Shown here piece by piece: positions 39,287-51,921 of a stretch of 64,000 nt of DNA. Where the stretch lies: NCBI GenBank assembly GCA_001643675.2, contig LSRY02000022.1, positions 744,001-808,000 on the forward strand, given 5' to 3'. Position 1 is the first letter of the stretch. The number at the start of each line of letters is the position of its first letter. A program made the translations under genes and the position numbers. This DNA comes from Monocercomonoides exilis PA203 (taxonomy: Eukaryota; Protista; Preaxostyla). The notes under the pieces were generated by a model that was not told where the DNA came from, did not search any database, and worked only from the letters and a program-made list of their open reading frames with translations.

Positions 39287-40414
39287 ATGGAACAATCAAC
39301 ATTGCAAAACATTCTTTGTAATGTCGAAAAAAGAATTGCACTTCCCACGCATGTTGAAACTGTTTCCACATCAGTGAAAAAATTATTGATTGAAATATCA
39401 TTAGAATTTATTAAGGATCCTTTAAATGGATTTTTTCGTCTTACTGGATTTTCAAAAAATGAATTTGATATTCTTCTTTAACTTCTCGATCAAGAAATTA
39501 CTCCGCATCGAGGTAGAAAAAAATATATCAACACTTTCGAAGACCAACTTTTTATTTTATTGAATTTTCTTCATCTCGGATCGACTAAAATGACAAGTAA
39601 TATTACAAAACCATATTACAATTTTCATTCCGCAGTGATCCATTTATTACATGACATTTGTTGCTCGGTAAAACAACCACTTTTGGACTTGCTGTTATCT
39701 TTTAGAAATGATCTTGTGAGAGAAATTCAGGATGTGGGATTAATTGTCGATTGTACTATTCTACCAATAAACCGACCAAGTGGAAAAATAGAAGACGGAA
39801 TGAAGTTTTTCAGTGGAAAGCACCATACATATTGTGTTAAAGTGGAAGAAGGAGTCAATCCCAAACTTGGAATTGCCAGCACTATGCGATATTTTTCCTG
39901 GAAGCACACACGATTATGTTGTGTTTCAACATCATTATCCAATGTTTGAAAACAAATTAGGAAAAGCAAAACTGTTGGCAGACTCAGCTTTCATTGGAGC
40001 AAAAACATGGCTAGGTGCACACATTACGAAGCCGTGTGGAACGCCGGAGTTATCTAAGCACAGGGTGATCATTGAGCATTTTTTCGGAAGGTTAAAGACG
40101 GTCTTTGCTGTATTTCGACAGCATTTGCCATTAAGCATCGAAGTAGTTGGAGATTTTTTTATTGTTGCTGTTTGTTTAACAAATTTTCATATTTTACAGA
40201 ATCCTTTAACAGCCTCAGATTTAGAAGCCAATTATATTTTTTTGCTGAATTACAAATGGAATATGCAAGAAAGCAGAAAGCAAAGAAAGAAGCAAATCAG
40301 AAGTATTTGGAGAAACAAAGAAATAGATTGAATTCATCATCACCTACAACATCATGTTCTTCATTATTTCTTAATGACGATTTAGGCTTGTTTTTATTTT
40401 TTGACCCATATTGA
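39287..40414 (+). pseudogene. Harbinger/ISL2EU-type (DDE_Tnp_4) transposase pseudogene
   Basis: Motifs GFFRLTGFS, IVDCT, FSGKHHTYCVK, PGSTHD, LLADSAF and HRVIIEHFFGRLKTVF. Stop at 39479-39481 and frameshifts near 39880 and 40240. Confidence 0.85.
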
Positions 40415-40552
40415 TGTTTTATTCTTTGAAAAAACAACATTTTCATCAACAATATACCATTATTAATTAATTTTAGAAGTCTTAATGGAAAGCTGTAACC
40501 CATACTCAAGTGCAACGATAAGTGAAAAAGATCATGAAAAGAAAAAAAAAAG

Positions 40553-41032
40553 ATGAAGGTTTGTGAACGAGAAGAAAGAAATAGAGAAGAAAATGAAGAT
40601 CAAAGAAAAATTGAAAATGAAGTCAACGATCATGAAACCATAGACTACACATCTTCATGGCATCTTCCCTCCCAATGGAAATCTGCGTGTCTTCATAGAG
40701 TTTCATCATCAACTGATTTTCCAATTACATTTTGCTCATCACAATCTTCCTCGACACAACCTTCTTCAACTCAATTAGCAGCAACACAATCTTCTTCAAC
40801 TCAATTGTCTTCAACTTCACAATTGCATTCAAATTTGGTGTCTTCATCAATACCCTCGCAACTTCCTTCTCTGCCTCTACAAAACTTGTATTTTCCTTCA
40901 AATCTCACTCTTCCTTCTTCTTTTTGCATATTTCCCACTCGAAACAGCAGCTTTCAATCATCTTTGAATTTCACAGCTTCTTCAGGTTCAATTTCCACTC
41001 GAAGCAAAACTTCTTCATCTGAAAATTATTAA
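40553..41032 (+). CDS. Hypothetical Ser/Thr-rich ORF downstream of the transposase
   Basis: 159-aa ORF with short repeats (SSTQ) and no domain recognised. Confidence 0.3.
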   Translation: MKVCEREERNREENEDQRKIENEVNDHETIDYTSSWHLPSQWKSACLHRVSSSTDFPITFCSSQSSSTQPSSTQLAATQSSSTQLSSTSQLHSNLVSSSIPSQLPSLPLQNLYFPSNLTLPSSFCIFPTRNSSFQSSLNFTASSGSISTRSKTSSSENY

Positions 41033-41985
41033 ACTTCTATTTGAAATATGAAATCAGAAAGAAGCAAATTATTTTGATATTTTTGAATCGCAGATTTAGA
41101 TTTAAAGGGAGTTTTATTACTATTATTTATTCTTTTTGTTTTTGATACTATTATTTCCAAGTTGTTCATTATATGTTATTTGTTTTGCACATCACTCACA
41201 AATAAAACAAAAGCTGTTGCTAAAATTCTTTAAACATTCTTTTTTTTCATTTATCTTTCTATTTTGTGTGATTGAGATGAAAAACATTTCTAATTAACAA
41301 AACTTTGACAATATAAAAAGGATTTTTTAAATTATGTTAAAAATAAGACAAAAAAAGTTATTTAGTGAAATTTGATATGAGAGGTTAATAAAAAAAGAAA
41401 AATAGATCAGATTCATGTCAATGAAATTTTTTAATATTCCATCCTTACCTTGCTTTTGAACAAATTTAAAAAGTTTCAAGAATCGAATCAAACATACAGA
41501 AACAATAAAATACTAAAAGAAACATTTTAATACTGAACAAACAAACCTTCTATTTCATATTTTTTTATAGTTTTATTTTGTTTGTAATCATTAATTCTTC
41601 AATTAAAAAAACAGCGATCACCAAAGCTTTGATCATAAAAATGCATTTAATGGCAGAAAAAAGAAAAGTTTATTTCAAAAAAGATTGAGCCATTCGCGAT
41701 AAGAAAAAAACATTCACATAAGAATAAACAATTCGCAAAAGAAAAACACATTCGAATATAGGTCTAATCTGTAATAATTTAGAAATACATATTTTCTGCC
41801 AATGGTAATTTTTCGATGTTGGTGTAAACGTGTGTTACAGATAAAAAAAATATAAATAATAAAAAATAAAAATCTGTCACTTCCGTCAGTAATTGAAAAT
41901 CCACGTCTGTGTTAGTTTTTTAAATAAATATTAATTTTTACTGATTTTGGGGGATTTCGTTATATAAATCAATTTTCATTCATAT

Positions 41986-42253
41986 GGGGCAAAATATTTA
42001 ACTTCAGGCATTTTCATTGAAAAATTTTGCATTTTTGATTTAAATTTTGTGAATAGAAATTATCAACAAAATGGGATCATTTTAATTCAAATGGATGAGG
42101 TTACAAAACATAATGTTGCAATGTCAATTGCGTTAGTATTCGGATCAGAAAATCCAATTTACTCGAAAATCTGAGTTCGTTTTGTGAAGTTCTGAGTGAA
42201 ATAAAAATTTAATGCTTCGTGCAAAAAAAGCTTTAAATCTTGTATTTTCCCCC
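41986..42253. mobile_element. Possible small MITE with GGGG termini and AT flanks
   Basis: AT|GGGGCAAAATA...TATTTTCCCCC|AT. The mirror copy is at 47073-47340. Confidence 0.3.
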
Positions 42254-42853
42254 ATATATTCATTTTTTTTTATTCTTCAAACTTCACTTCATTTCATAAA
42301 TGAAATTAAAATTTCTTCCCTTCCGGATACTGCTACCATTGACAGTCACTGACTTCACTGATGGTCCGATGATCAAAAAATTCCAAGTTTGACTTTTTTT
42401 CAATATCCTTTTTAAAAAACGTATTTTTATTCTTCGCTTATATTAATTAATATTAAATAGAGATATAGTATATCAGTTATAGATCCATCTTGATTAAGAT
42501 CAATCAATATTATCTATTTATGTATGTCTGATGGTAGTTGTCATTTTGTATAATAAGTTAGAATAAGCAGTGTGGAGAGATAGATGATCGATACTTATTG
42601 CTAATAGAATTATCGATGACTATGAAGGCAGTGTTGTTCGATAAAGATGGGGTAATTGATTGGTGTATTCGATATGTATCTATAGCTGATATATCATATC
42701 TCCAGGAAGGATATTTGCTAAAAGATTAACTGAAAGATTAACCGGAGTGTCGAAGATGGTGAAATTAGTGTGAAAATTAGTGTGATCGTTTGTGAAATCG
42801 CTTGTGAAATCGTCAAATATAAATAATTGATTAAGTTTTTTGTTTTATAGTAA

Positions 42854-43066
42854 ATGGGTCGGAAGAAGATATACGCAACTGTGGAAGAAGCGAAAGCGGC
42901 TCAACAAAAACAAATTAAACAGTTTCAGGAAAAACGTAAGGAAGAAACTAAGTATTACAACGAACATGTATCTGAGAAACAGAAGAAGTTGATTAAGATA
43001 TTGAGGAGAAAGCTTATTGAAAGTGATGAGTCGTTAGATGAGTTGATGGAAAATGTTAATGGTTAA
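42854..43066 (+). CDS. 70-aa basic, helical hypothetical protein (MGRKKIYATVEEAK...)
   Basis: Clean ATG-TAA ORF with a T-rich upstream region and TAAATG context. The mirror copy keeps the ORF despite substitutions. Confidence 0.6.
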   Translation: MGRKKIYATVEEAKAAQQKQIKQFQEKRKEETKYYNEHVSEKQKKLIKILRRKLIESDESLDELMENVNG

Positions 43067-43403
43067 GGTGAATGAGTTTATTTTTGGTTGGAAGAGTTAA
43101 TTGTTTTGCCTGGACCGGGTTGATAGTCCAGGCAATGTGAGTGATGCTGTGGCACGGATATATTATGTTAAATCTCCGTGCAGGAGAGTGGACAGGTGGA
43201 AAGGACTGGACAGGATAAATTAAATTCTCCAAAATATGTGGGCAAACGGGCAAACTGAGCAAAGTGGGCAGAATACATTTAATGTGAAAATTAACTGTTC
43301 CCCGTCAAAGTTCGACATTAACCCCCACGTCATCTTCCTCGTAAATGTTCGTTTCAAAAATAAATCTGTTTCATAAAAATTTTGATTTTTTAATTTTTAT
43401 AAA

Positions 43404-45694
43404 ATGACAAACCCCCAAACAGACACTGACAACGTAATCCAACAACTAATCGATTCAATTTCAACAGAACAGCAAACGCTGGGAGAACGAATGAAATATC
43501 ACATCGTTGACTTGTTCGAATACAAGAAATACTCTGACAAGAAGCAGGACCAACGACACACTGGAACAGCTGTCGATATCAGCAAATGTGAGGATCTTTA
43601 TGTTGTTGATGTTGACATTAACAAATCCCTTCAACCTGAACAAACGAAAACCATCAGAAATTCCATTCTCGACAAACTCTCACGAAATGTCGGACTTGTA
43701 CAAACAGCTCATGGTGGTCTTCACATTTCCTGTGAGCTGTGTGGTTATCCCCTCAAATGTTCTTTACAAACCAAAGTGTTCACGAGTCCAGAGTACGATA
43801 TCTTCATTTTTGCGGGCATTGGAGATCAAAAACAGAGACTTGTTGTTCAAGCTGACTTTTCATACCGAGAGATGAAAGATGGCAAGAGAATCATCACCAA
43901 ATATATTCTCCTCAACAATTACAGAGAGCTCACAGATCTTTCTCCACTCGAGAGTGTTCTTGACGTATTCGGTATTGACCTCAAAACAGAGAATACATCA
44001 GCGACAATGGCAGCTGAACTACACAATCTTCTCACACAAGATGGAATCGCTGATATGTCTTCAACTGTCGCTCTTGCTCTTGTTGATGGACTCAAAGATG
44101 TTGAAATGCACAACACAGGTTCTTTGTCACTTGATTCTGAGTTAACTCTTTTATCGTTATTTGCAGCTCTCAACTCTCTCGTCAACATTAACGGTTTCGA
44201 CAACCAATCAATAGATTTTCTTTTCAATCAAATCAAAGATACAGCTGCTCTAACAGCAAATGCAATCACTCACTACGAAGAGAAACGAAATAGATACAGA
44301 GATCACAAGTCACATCCATTTGTTCTACAAAAGATTGTCAAAAGATGGAATCCAACATATTACAACGATGTGATCATTCCACTCCTCAGAAAAGAGAATG
44401 AGCAAAAGGAAGAACCTCCACGAGAGATTACAGTTCATGAAATTGATCTCAACTCATCGTTCTCGTTTTCTGAAATCAGGGATAAAGCTTGTCGAAGTCA
44501 ATACTCCTCACTATCTGAAGTCGCTGAAGATCTCACAAAAGTTCTAAGGTTTGTCGAAGCAAGGATGGAATTCATTGTGAAAGAGTTTGACATTCACTCC
44601 TCTTGTTATTCAATAATATTCAAGATAAAATCAGCAACGTACGAACTGTTCAAAACAATAAAACTCTGGCATGATGATAAAAAGACTCTCACAGTTGAGA
44701 CAGCTTTCGAACAATACTCTCATGTTCTATCGATCGATGGGGTGAAGTTCTTCTCAGATAACCTTCGAATATTCTCTCTGTTCCATGGGTTCAAATACTA
44801 AATGGCAAACGAGCAAAATGACGAAATCATCAAACCATTCCTCGATTTCACACGAGAAGCAATTGCCAACGAAAACGAAGAACTCTATCAACACACCCCC
44901 TGTTGGAATGCGTCAATTATTCAAAATCCTGGTAAAAAAGCAGAAACATCACTTGTTCTCAAAGGTTTGCAAGGTATTGGAAAGAATGTCTGGACAAATG
45001 TTCTTGCTGAACTGTTGGCAGGATATTCATGTCCAAATGTCACAAAGATTGCAGAACTAACAGGACAGTTCAACTCCATCGTTGAAGAGAAAATGCTCAT
45101 TTTCTTAACGAATTGAAAAATATTGGAGATGATCGAACAGCTAACTTTGACGCATTGAAGAGTATTATCACAGATTCAACAATCAGAATCAATGAGAAGA
45201 ATCAGCCAAGAAGAACAGTTGAAAATGTAGCTAATTTCATATTTGTGACAAATCACACATACCCGGTAAAGATTGAGATTGGTGACGGAAGATATGTTGT
45301 TTGTGATTGTAACTCAAAATATAAGAACAATCTCACATTCTTCAAAGAATTCACAAACACTTTCGACAATGAATTCCATGAACAACTTTTTTATTATTTC
45401 ATCAGCAAAGATCTCACCAATTTTAACACAAGGGCTATTCCAACAACGGATGCAAGGGAAGATATCATTGCAGTATCACTCTCTGTCATCGATGTGTTCT
45501 GACAGGAGCATTTCAATAAACTCAAAGAAGGGTGGAGATTCTCTGAAGCACTATGTTTCAGACCAGTTGAATACAAGAACGATCGCTCATTCCAACTGGC
45601 ATTTAAAGACAGATGTGAGAGAAAACAAATGTGTGGAAGTCGAAATCAAGTGTTTTGTTATAAACTCAAGCAAGAGTATGAACAACTCCTCTAA
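43404..45694 (+). pseudogene. Virus/plasmid-type primase-polymerase fused to a D5-like SF3 helicase (disrupted)
   Basis: Prim-Pol motifs LYVVDVDI and VQTAHGGLHI. Walker A LKGLQGIGKN, then GQFNS, Walker B LIFL(N)E, LKSIITD...INEKNQP and motif C FIFVTN. Lesions are TAA at 44799, a -1 frameshift at ~45108, TGA at 45500 and TAA at 45692. No introns. Confidence 0.85.
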
Positions 45695-46259
45695 CGACGT
45701 GAAGATGAAGATGACATCGATTGTTCTGCGGAAATTAACAAAACACATTCGATTTATTGGAATCATAAATACACAAAGGATACAAAAGTGTGTGCCACCT
45801 GTTATATACCACCAACGATTCCATATGGCAATGTGGCAAAATGACAACACTGTCGAAATTAAATAAAAACACTCAAAAACATAGTAAATAAGGTGGAAAA
45901 TGCCCATGTTGGCAGAAATGGCATGTTGGCAGCTCTTTTCAGATGAAATTGAAAGATCCTGACTACCTGACTACCGGACTACGCTTCCAGCACGGAGATT
46001 TTTGTCAATATTTCCCTTCATCCAGCATCTTGACATTGCAACAATTCGCTATCCGGTCAACCGATTTACACTTTTCCCAAGTGAAAATATAGATGTTTGC
46101 AATCCATCATAATGCCATAGTAGTTACCGTTTGATACAATCTACGATACAACGAACGTGTGGAGTCTGTAATGTTTCATCAATTTGCACATTTCCTGACC
46201 AGCTAAACCAGTGCAGGTGTGACAGTTAACTCATTCAACCAATACTAATCACATTCAAC

Positions 46260-46472
46260 TTACCCATTAACTTTTTCCATCAACTCATCTAACAACTCAT
46301 CACTTTCAATAAGCTTTCTCCTCAATATCTTAATCAACTTCTTCTGTTTCTCAGATACATGTTCGTTGTAATACTTAGTTTCTTCCTTACGTTTTTCCTG
46401 AAACTGTTTAATTTGTTTTTGTTGAGCCGCTTTCGCTTCTTCCACAGTTGCGTATATCTTCTTCCGACCCAT
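46260..46472 (-). CDS. Mirror copy of the 70-aa basic ORF (2 aa differences)
   Basis: ...SDELLDELMEKVNG versus ...SDESLDELMENVNG in the left copy. Confidence 0.6.
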   Translation of the reverse strand: MGRKKIYATVEEAKAAQQKQIKQFQEKRKEETKYYNEHVSEKQKKLIKILRRKLIESDELLDELMEKVNG

Positions 46473-48290
46473 TTACTATAAAACAAAAAACTTAATCAAT
46501 TATTTATATTTGACGATTTCACAAGCGATTTCACAAACGATCACACTAATTTTCACACTAATTTCACCATCTTCGACACTCCGGTTAATCTTTCAGTTAA
46601 TCTTTTAGCAAATATCCTTCCTGGAGATATGATATATCAGCTATAGATACATATCGAATACACCAATCAATTACCCCATCTTTATCGAACAACACTGCCT
46701 TCATAGTCATCGATAATTCTATTAGCAATAAGTATCGATCATCTATCTCTCCACACTGCTTATTCTAACTTATTATACAAAATGACAACTACCATCAGAC
46801 ATACATAAATAGATAATATTGATTGATCTTAATCAAGATGGATCTATAACTGATATACTATATCTCTATTTAATATTAATTAATATAAGCGAAGAATAAA
46901 AATACGTTTTTTAAAAAGGATATTGAAAAAAAGTCAAACTTGGAATTTTTTGATCATCGGACCATCAGTGAAGTCAGTGACTGTCAATGGTAGCAGTATC
47001 CGGAAGGGAAGAAATTTTAATTTCATTTATGAAATGAAGTGAAGTTTGAAGAATAAAAAAAAATGAATATATGGGGGAAAATACAAGATTTAAAGCTTTT
47101 TTTGCACGAAGCATTAAATTTTTATTTCACTCAGAACTTCACAAAACGAACTCAGATTTTCGAGTAAATTGGATTTTCTGATCCGAATACTAACGCAATT
47201 GACATTGCAACATTATGTTTTGTAACCTCATCCATTTGAATTAAAATGATCCCATTTTGTTGATAATTTCTATTCACAAAATTTAAATCAAAAATGCAAA
47301 ATTTTTCAATGAAAATGCCTGAAGTTAAATATTTTGCCCCATATGAATGAAAATTGATTTATATAACGAAATCCCCCAAAATCAGTAAAAATTAATATTT
47401 ATTTAAAAAACTAACACAGACGTGGATTTTCAATTACTGACGGAAGTGACAGATTTTTATTTTTTATTATTTATATTTTTTTATCTGTAACACACGTTTA
47501 CACCAACATCGAAAAATTACCATTGGCAGAAAATATGTATTTCTAAATTATTACAGATTAGACCTATATTCGAATGTGTTTTTCTTTTGCGAATTGTTTA
47601 TTCTTATGTGAATGTTTTTTTCTTATCGCGAATGGCTCAATCTTTTTGAAATAAACTTTTCTTTTTTCTGCCATTAAATGCATTTTTATGATCAAAGCTT
47701 TGGTGATCGCTGTTTTTTAATTGAAGAATTAATGATTACAAACAAAATAAAACTATAAAAAAATATGAAATAGAAGGTTTGTTTGTTCAGTATTAAAATG
47801 TTTCTTTTAGTATTTTATTGTTTCTGTATGTTTGATTCGATTCTTGAAACTTTTTAAATTTGTTCAAAAGCAAGGTAAGGATGGAATATTAAAAAATTTC
47901 ATTGACATGAATCTGATCTATTTTTCTTTTTTTATTAACCTCTCATATCAAATTTCACTAAATAACTTTTTTTGTCTTATTTTTAACATAATTTAAAAAA
48001 TCCTTTTTATATTGTCAAAGTTTTGTTAATTAGAAATGTTTTTCATCTCAATCACACAAAATAGAAAGATAAATGAAAAAAAAGAATGTTTAAAGAATTT
48101 TAGCAACAGCTTTTGTTTTATTTGTGAGTGATGTGCAAAACAAATAACATATAATGAACAACTTGGAAATAATAGTATCAAAAACAAAAAGAATAAATAA
48201 TAGTAATAAAACTCCCTTTAAATCTAAATCTGCGATTCAAAAATATCAAAATAATTTGCTTCTTTCTGATTTCATATTTCAAATAGAAGT

Positions 48291-48800
48291 TTAATAATTT
48301 TCAGATGAAGAAGTTTTGCTTCGAGTGGAAATTGAACCTGAAGAAGCTGTGAAATTCAAAGATGATTGAAAGCTGCTGTTTCGAGTGGGAAATATGCAAA
48401 AAGAAGAAGGAAGAGTGAGATTTGAAGGAAAATACAAGTTTTGTAGAGGCAGAGAAGGAAGTTGCGAGGGTATTGATGAAGACACCAAATTTGAATGCAA
48501 TTGTGAAGTTGAAGACAATTGAGTTGAAGAAGATTGTGTTGCTGCTAATTGAGTTGAAGAAGGTTGTGTCGAGGAAGATTGTGATGAGCAAAATGTAATT
48601 GGAAAATCAGTTGATGATGAAACTCTATGAAGACACGCAGATTTCCATTGGGAGGGAAGATGCCATGAAGATGTGTAGTCTATGGTTTCATGATCGTTGA
48701 CTTCATTTTCAATTTTTCTTTGATCTTCATTTTCTTCTCTATTTCTTTCTTCTCGTTCACAAACCTTCATCTTTTTTTTTCTTTTCATGATCTTTTTCAC
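48291..48800 (-). CDS. Mirror copy of the Ser/Thr-rich hypothetical ORF
   Basis: Reverse complement of 40553-41032. Confidence 0.3.
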   Translation of the reverse strand: MKKIMKRKKKMKVCEREERNREENEDQRKIENEVNDHETIDYTSSWHLPSQWKSACLHRVSSSTDFPITFCSSQSSSTQPSSTQLAATQSSSTQLSSTSQLHSNLVSSSIPSQLPSLPLQNLYFPSNLTLPSSFCIFPTRNSSFQSSLNFTASSGSISTRSKTSSSENY

Positions 48801-48907
48801 TTATCGTTGCACTTGAGTATGGGTTACAGCTTTCCATTAAGACTTCTAAAATTAATTAATAATGGTATATTGTTGATGAAAATGTTGTTTTTTCAAAGAA
48901 TAAAACA

Positions 48908-50035
48908 TCAATATGGGTCAAAAAATAAAAACAAGCCTAAATCGTCATTAAGAAATAATGAAGAACATGATGTTGTAGGTGATGATGAATTCAATCTATT
49001 TCTTTGTTTCTCCAAATACTTCTGATTTGCTTCTTTCTTTGCTTTCTGCTTTCTTGCATATTCCATTTGTAATTCAGCAAAAAAATATAATTGGCTTCTA
49101 AATCTGAGGCTGTTAAAGGATTCTGTAAAATATGAAAATTTGTTAAACAAACAGCAACAATAAAAAAATCTCCAACTACTTCGATGCTTAATGGCAAATG
49201 CTGTCGAAATACAGCAAAGACCGTCTTTAACCTTCCGAAAAAATGCTCAATGATCACCCTGTGCTTAGATAACTCCGGCGTTCCACACGGCTTCGTAATG
49301 TGTGCACCTAGCCATGTTTTTGCTCCAATGAAAGCTGAGTCTGCCAACAGTTTTGCTTTTCCTAATTTGTTTTCAAACATTGGATAATGATGTTGAAACA
49401 CAACATAATCGTGTGTGCTTCCAGGAAAAATATCGCATAGTGCTGGCAATTCCAAGTTTGGGATTGACTCCTTCTTCCACTTTAACACAATATGTATGGT
49501 GCTTTCCACTGAAAAACTTCATTCCGTCTTCTATTTTTCCACTTGGTCGGTTTATTGGTAGAATAGTACAATCGACAATTAATCCCACATCCTGAATTTC
49601 TCTCACAAGATCATTTCTAAAAGATAACAGCAAGTCCAAAAGTGGTTGTTTTACCGAGCAACAAATGTCATGTAATAAATGGATCACTGCGGAATGAAAA
49701 TTGTAATATGGTTTTGTAATATTACTTGTCATTTTAGTCGATCCGAGATGAAGAAAATTCAATAAAATAAAAAGTTGGTCTTCGAAAGTGTTGATATATT
49801 TTTTTCTACCTCGATGCGGAGTAATTTCTTGATCGAGAAGTTAAAGAAGAATATCAAATTCATTTTTTGAAAATCCAGTAAGACGAAAAAATCCATTTAA
49901 AGGATCCTTAATAAATTCTAATGATATTTCAATCAATAATTTTTTCACTGATGTGGAAACAGTTTCAACATGCGTGGGAAGTGCAATTCTTTTTTCGACA
50001 TTACAAAGAATGTTTTGCAATGTTGATTGTTCCAT
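48908..50035 (-). pseudogene. Mirror copy of the Harbinger/ISL2EU-type transposase pseudogene
   Basis: ORF fragments identical to 39287-40414, with the same lesions. Confidence 0.85.
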
Positions 50036-51220
50036 GATAAAAAATATATCAAAAAGAATGAACTGATCAGTTCCATATATTAAAATGAAAATTTTTTGAT
50101 TGAATACCAACATTTTTTCTATTGTGAATGATTCAATCTTTTTCAATTTTTCGAGATTTTTTTGAAAATTTATTTTTCTTTTTATATTTTTCGCAAACTT
50201 TTTGGAAATGAGATAATAGATAAAATGAGAAATAAATTGATCATTTCAAATTGTTTGTGTTATTTCAAGTTTCAGCTTGTATAGAAATATTTTTGATAGA
50301 AAAATGGTTGCAACCATGTTCTGAATTGCATTTTTTCATTTTTAATGGAAAGATTTTTAAAAAATTCATTTTTTTGAGTCTTGACGAAATTGAGTTTTTA
50401 AATGTAATTTAGAAATTAAAAAATCAAATTATTCATAGGCATTTATTTTTATAACGATTGTTTGATAATAATATCATTTGTTGGTAAAAATTGAATCAGC
50501 AATTTCAATAAAAATACAGTTTTTGTGAATTCTCAAGATTTTCCAATAATTTTCTCTCAAAAATTGTTTTCTTTTTATTAAAAAAAATGAATATTAAGAA
50601 AAAACAATAATTAGACAATTACACATTGAAATTATAGAAAAATGTTGTTTTTATCTTTGATCAGATAGTTATGGTATCTTATCAAAAAATTTTTTTTTCA
50701 ATTCTGAACAAAATGACGACAGATAAGAAGTTCTGACATTAAATTCTGAAATTTCATATCATGTCGTTTTCGAAAATTTGAATAGATGATTATGACATGC
50801 AAAATTTGAAGAATTTAATTTGTCGAAAGAAGATGTGATTGTGAAGCGAGAAAAGGAAAAGAAAACAGAAAATTATTCGAAGATAAGATGCACCTGATTG
50901 TATTAAAGTCAACATTCAAAGCATTTTATCAAAAAATGGATATATTTCCGAGAAAGTTCAGATTAAAACATCGAGATTCAACAAACAGATAATTGATGAA
51001 TATAATGAGCATGCGCGTTTGAATGCTCAGTCAGTTATTTCTTGCTTACAGATTCTGTGGAAGAGACATATGTTGAATGCGTTCCCACAAAATTCAAAAT
51101 GAAGAATTTTCAATTTATTTTTTGCTCAACATTGATAGAAGGATAAAGTCTTTTATTTTATCAAGTTCAAGCAAAAGCTCCAAACAATGGATTATAATGT
51201 TATTTTAAGTTCTTTTACGA

Positions 51221-51921
51221 ATTAAAATGCAGAACAACAATAAATCCAGATGTTCACGAAGTGCTGCATAATGATAGCTATAAACTTTTTGAGTCTTCAA
51301 TCAATTTGTTCAATGAATTTTTCAATACGAATGCAAATGAAAGGAGAATGTTCTAATCCTTCAGTTATGCAAATGCAGTGCTTGGATGTTTGATCAAACA
51401 TCTAAAAAGGATTGGTTGAAAGACAAGACGATTTATATTTCAGGAAGTGGAAATGATACATTTCCGCTTTGTGGGGCAAATACAACATATCCGTGCAAAA
51501 TAGTGACGAAAGCCTTTGAGATGAGCGAGATACAGATTAACTTGACAACCACATTGATGGATGGAAATCATGTATGTGCGACAACAACTATTGCGACTGG
51601 GACAAAAAAAATTCTGTTATTGTTACAAACAAAGAGAGAAGTTTGATTGGAACAGTGGCATTTTCTTCATCATTTTCTTCTTCGGCAGAAGTGCTGTTCA
51701 GTGTGAAGTCAGATCATCAAAGAATGACACATACGAAGTTTAATTGAAGCTAATTAGCAAGATCTTTCCCGACGGCAATATTACCACTAACAGAAGAAAA
51801 GTGCTTTAACTGCGAAGGACATGATAAAAATTGACAGCAAGTTGAACAATGGAAGCTGCAATAACAATTAAACAGAATTAAAAAATGCAAACAACCTGCA
51901 AGCGAGCAGTTGATTTTTGAA
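51221..51921 (+). pseudogene. Mirror copy of the surface-protein family fragment
   Basis: ORF 51386-51646 is identical to 37675-37935. Confidence 0.55.

Larger units (their letters stand above)
25305..43066. repeat. Left arm of giant inverted duplication (at least 17.7 kb)
   Basis: ORFs are mirrored with near-constant coordinate sums (42854/46472, 39176/50146, 33720/55604, 28057/61248). The window's last bases GGCAAGCATAA are the reverse complement of 25305-25315. Confidence 0.97.

Noticed and set aside
39479-44801. In-frame TAA codons (one aligning to Gln in the paralogous transposase, one in the primase) suggesting a TAR=Gln genetic code as in some oxymonads
   Set aside because: The ~3,800-codon Gln-containing exon has no TAA/TAG, the pogo and small ORFs end in TAA, and the same pseudogenes also carry frameshifts or TGA. 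Simple decay explains the stops.
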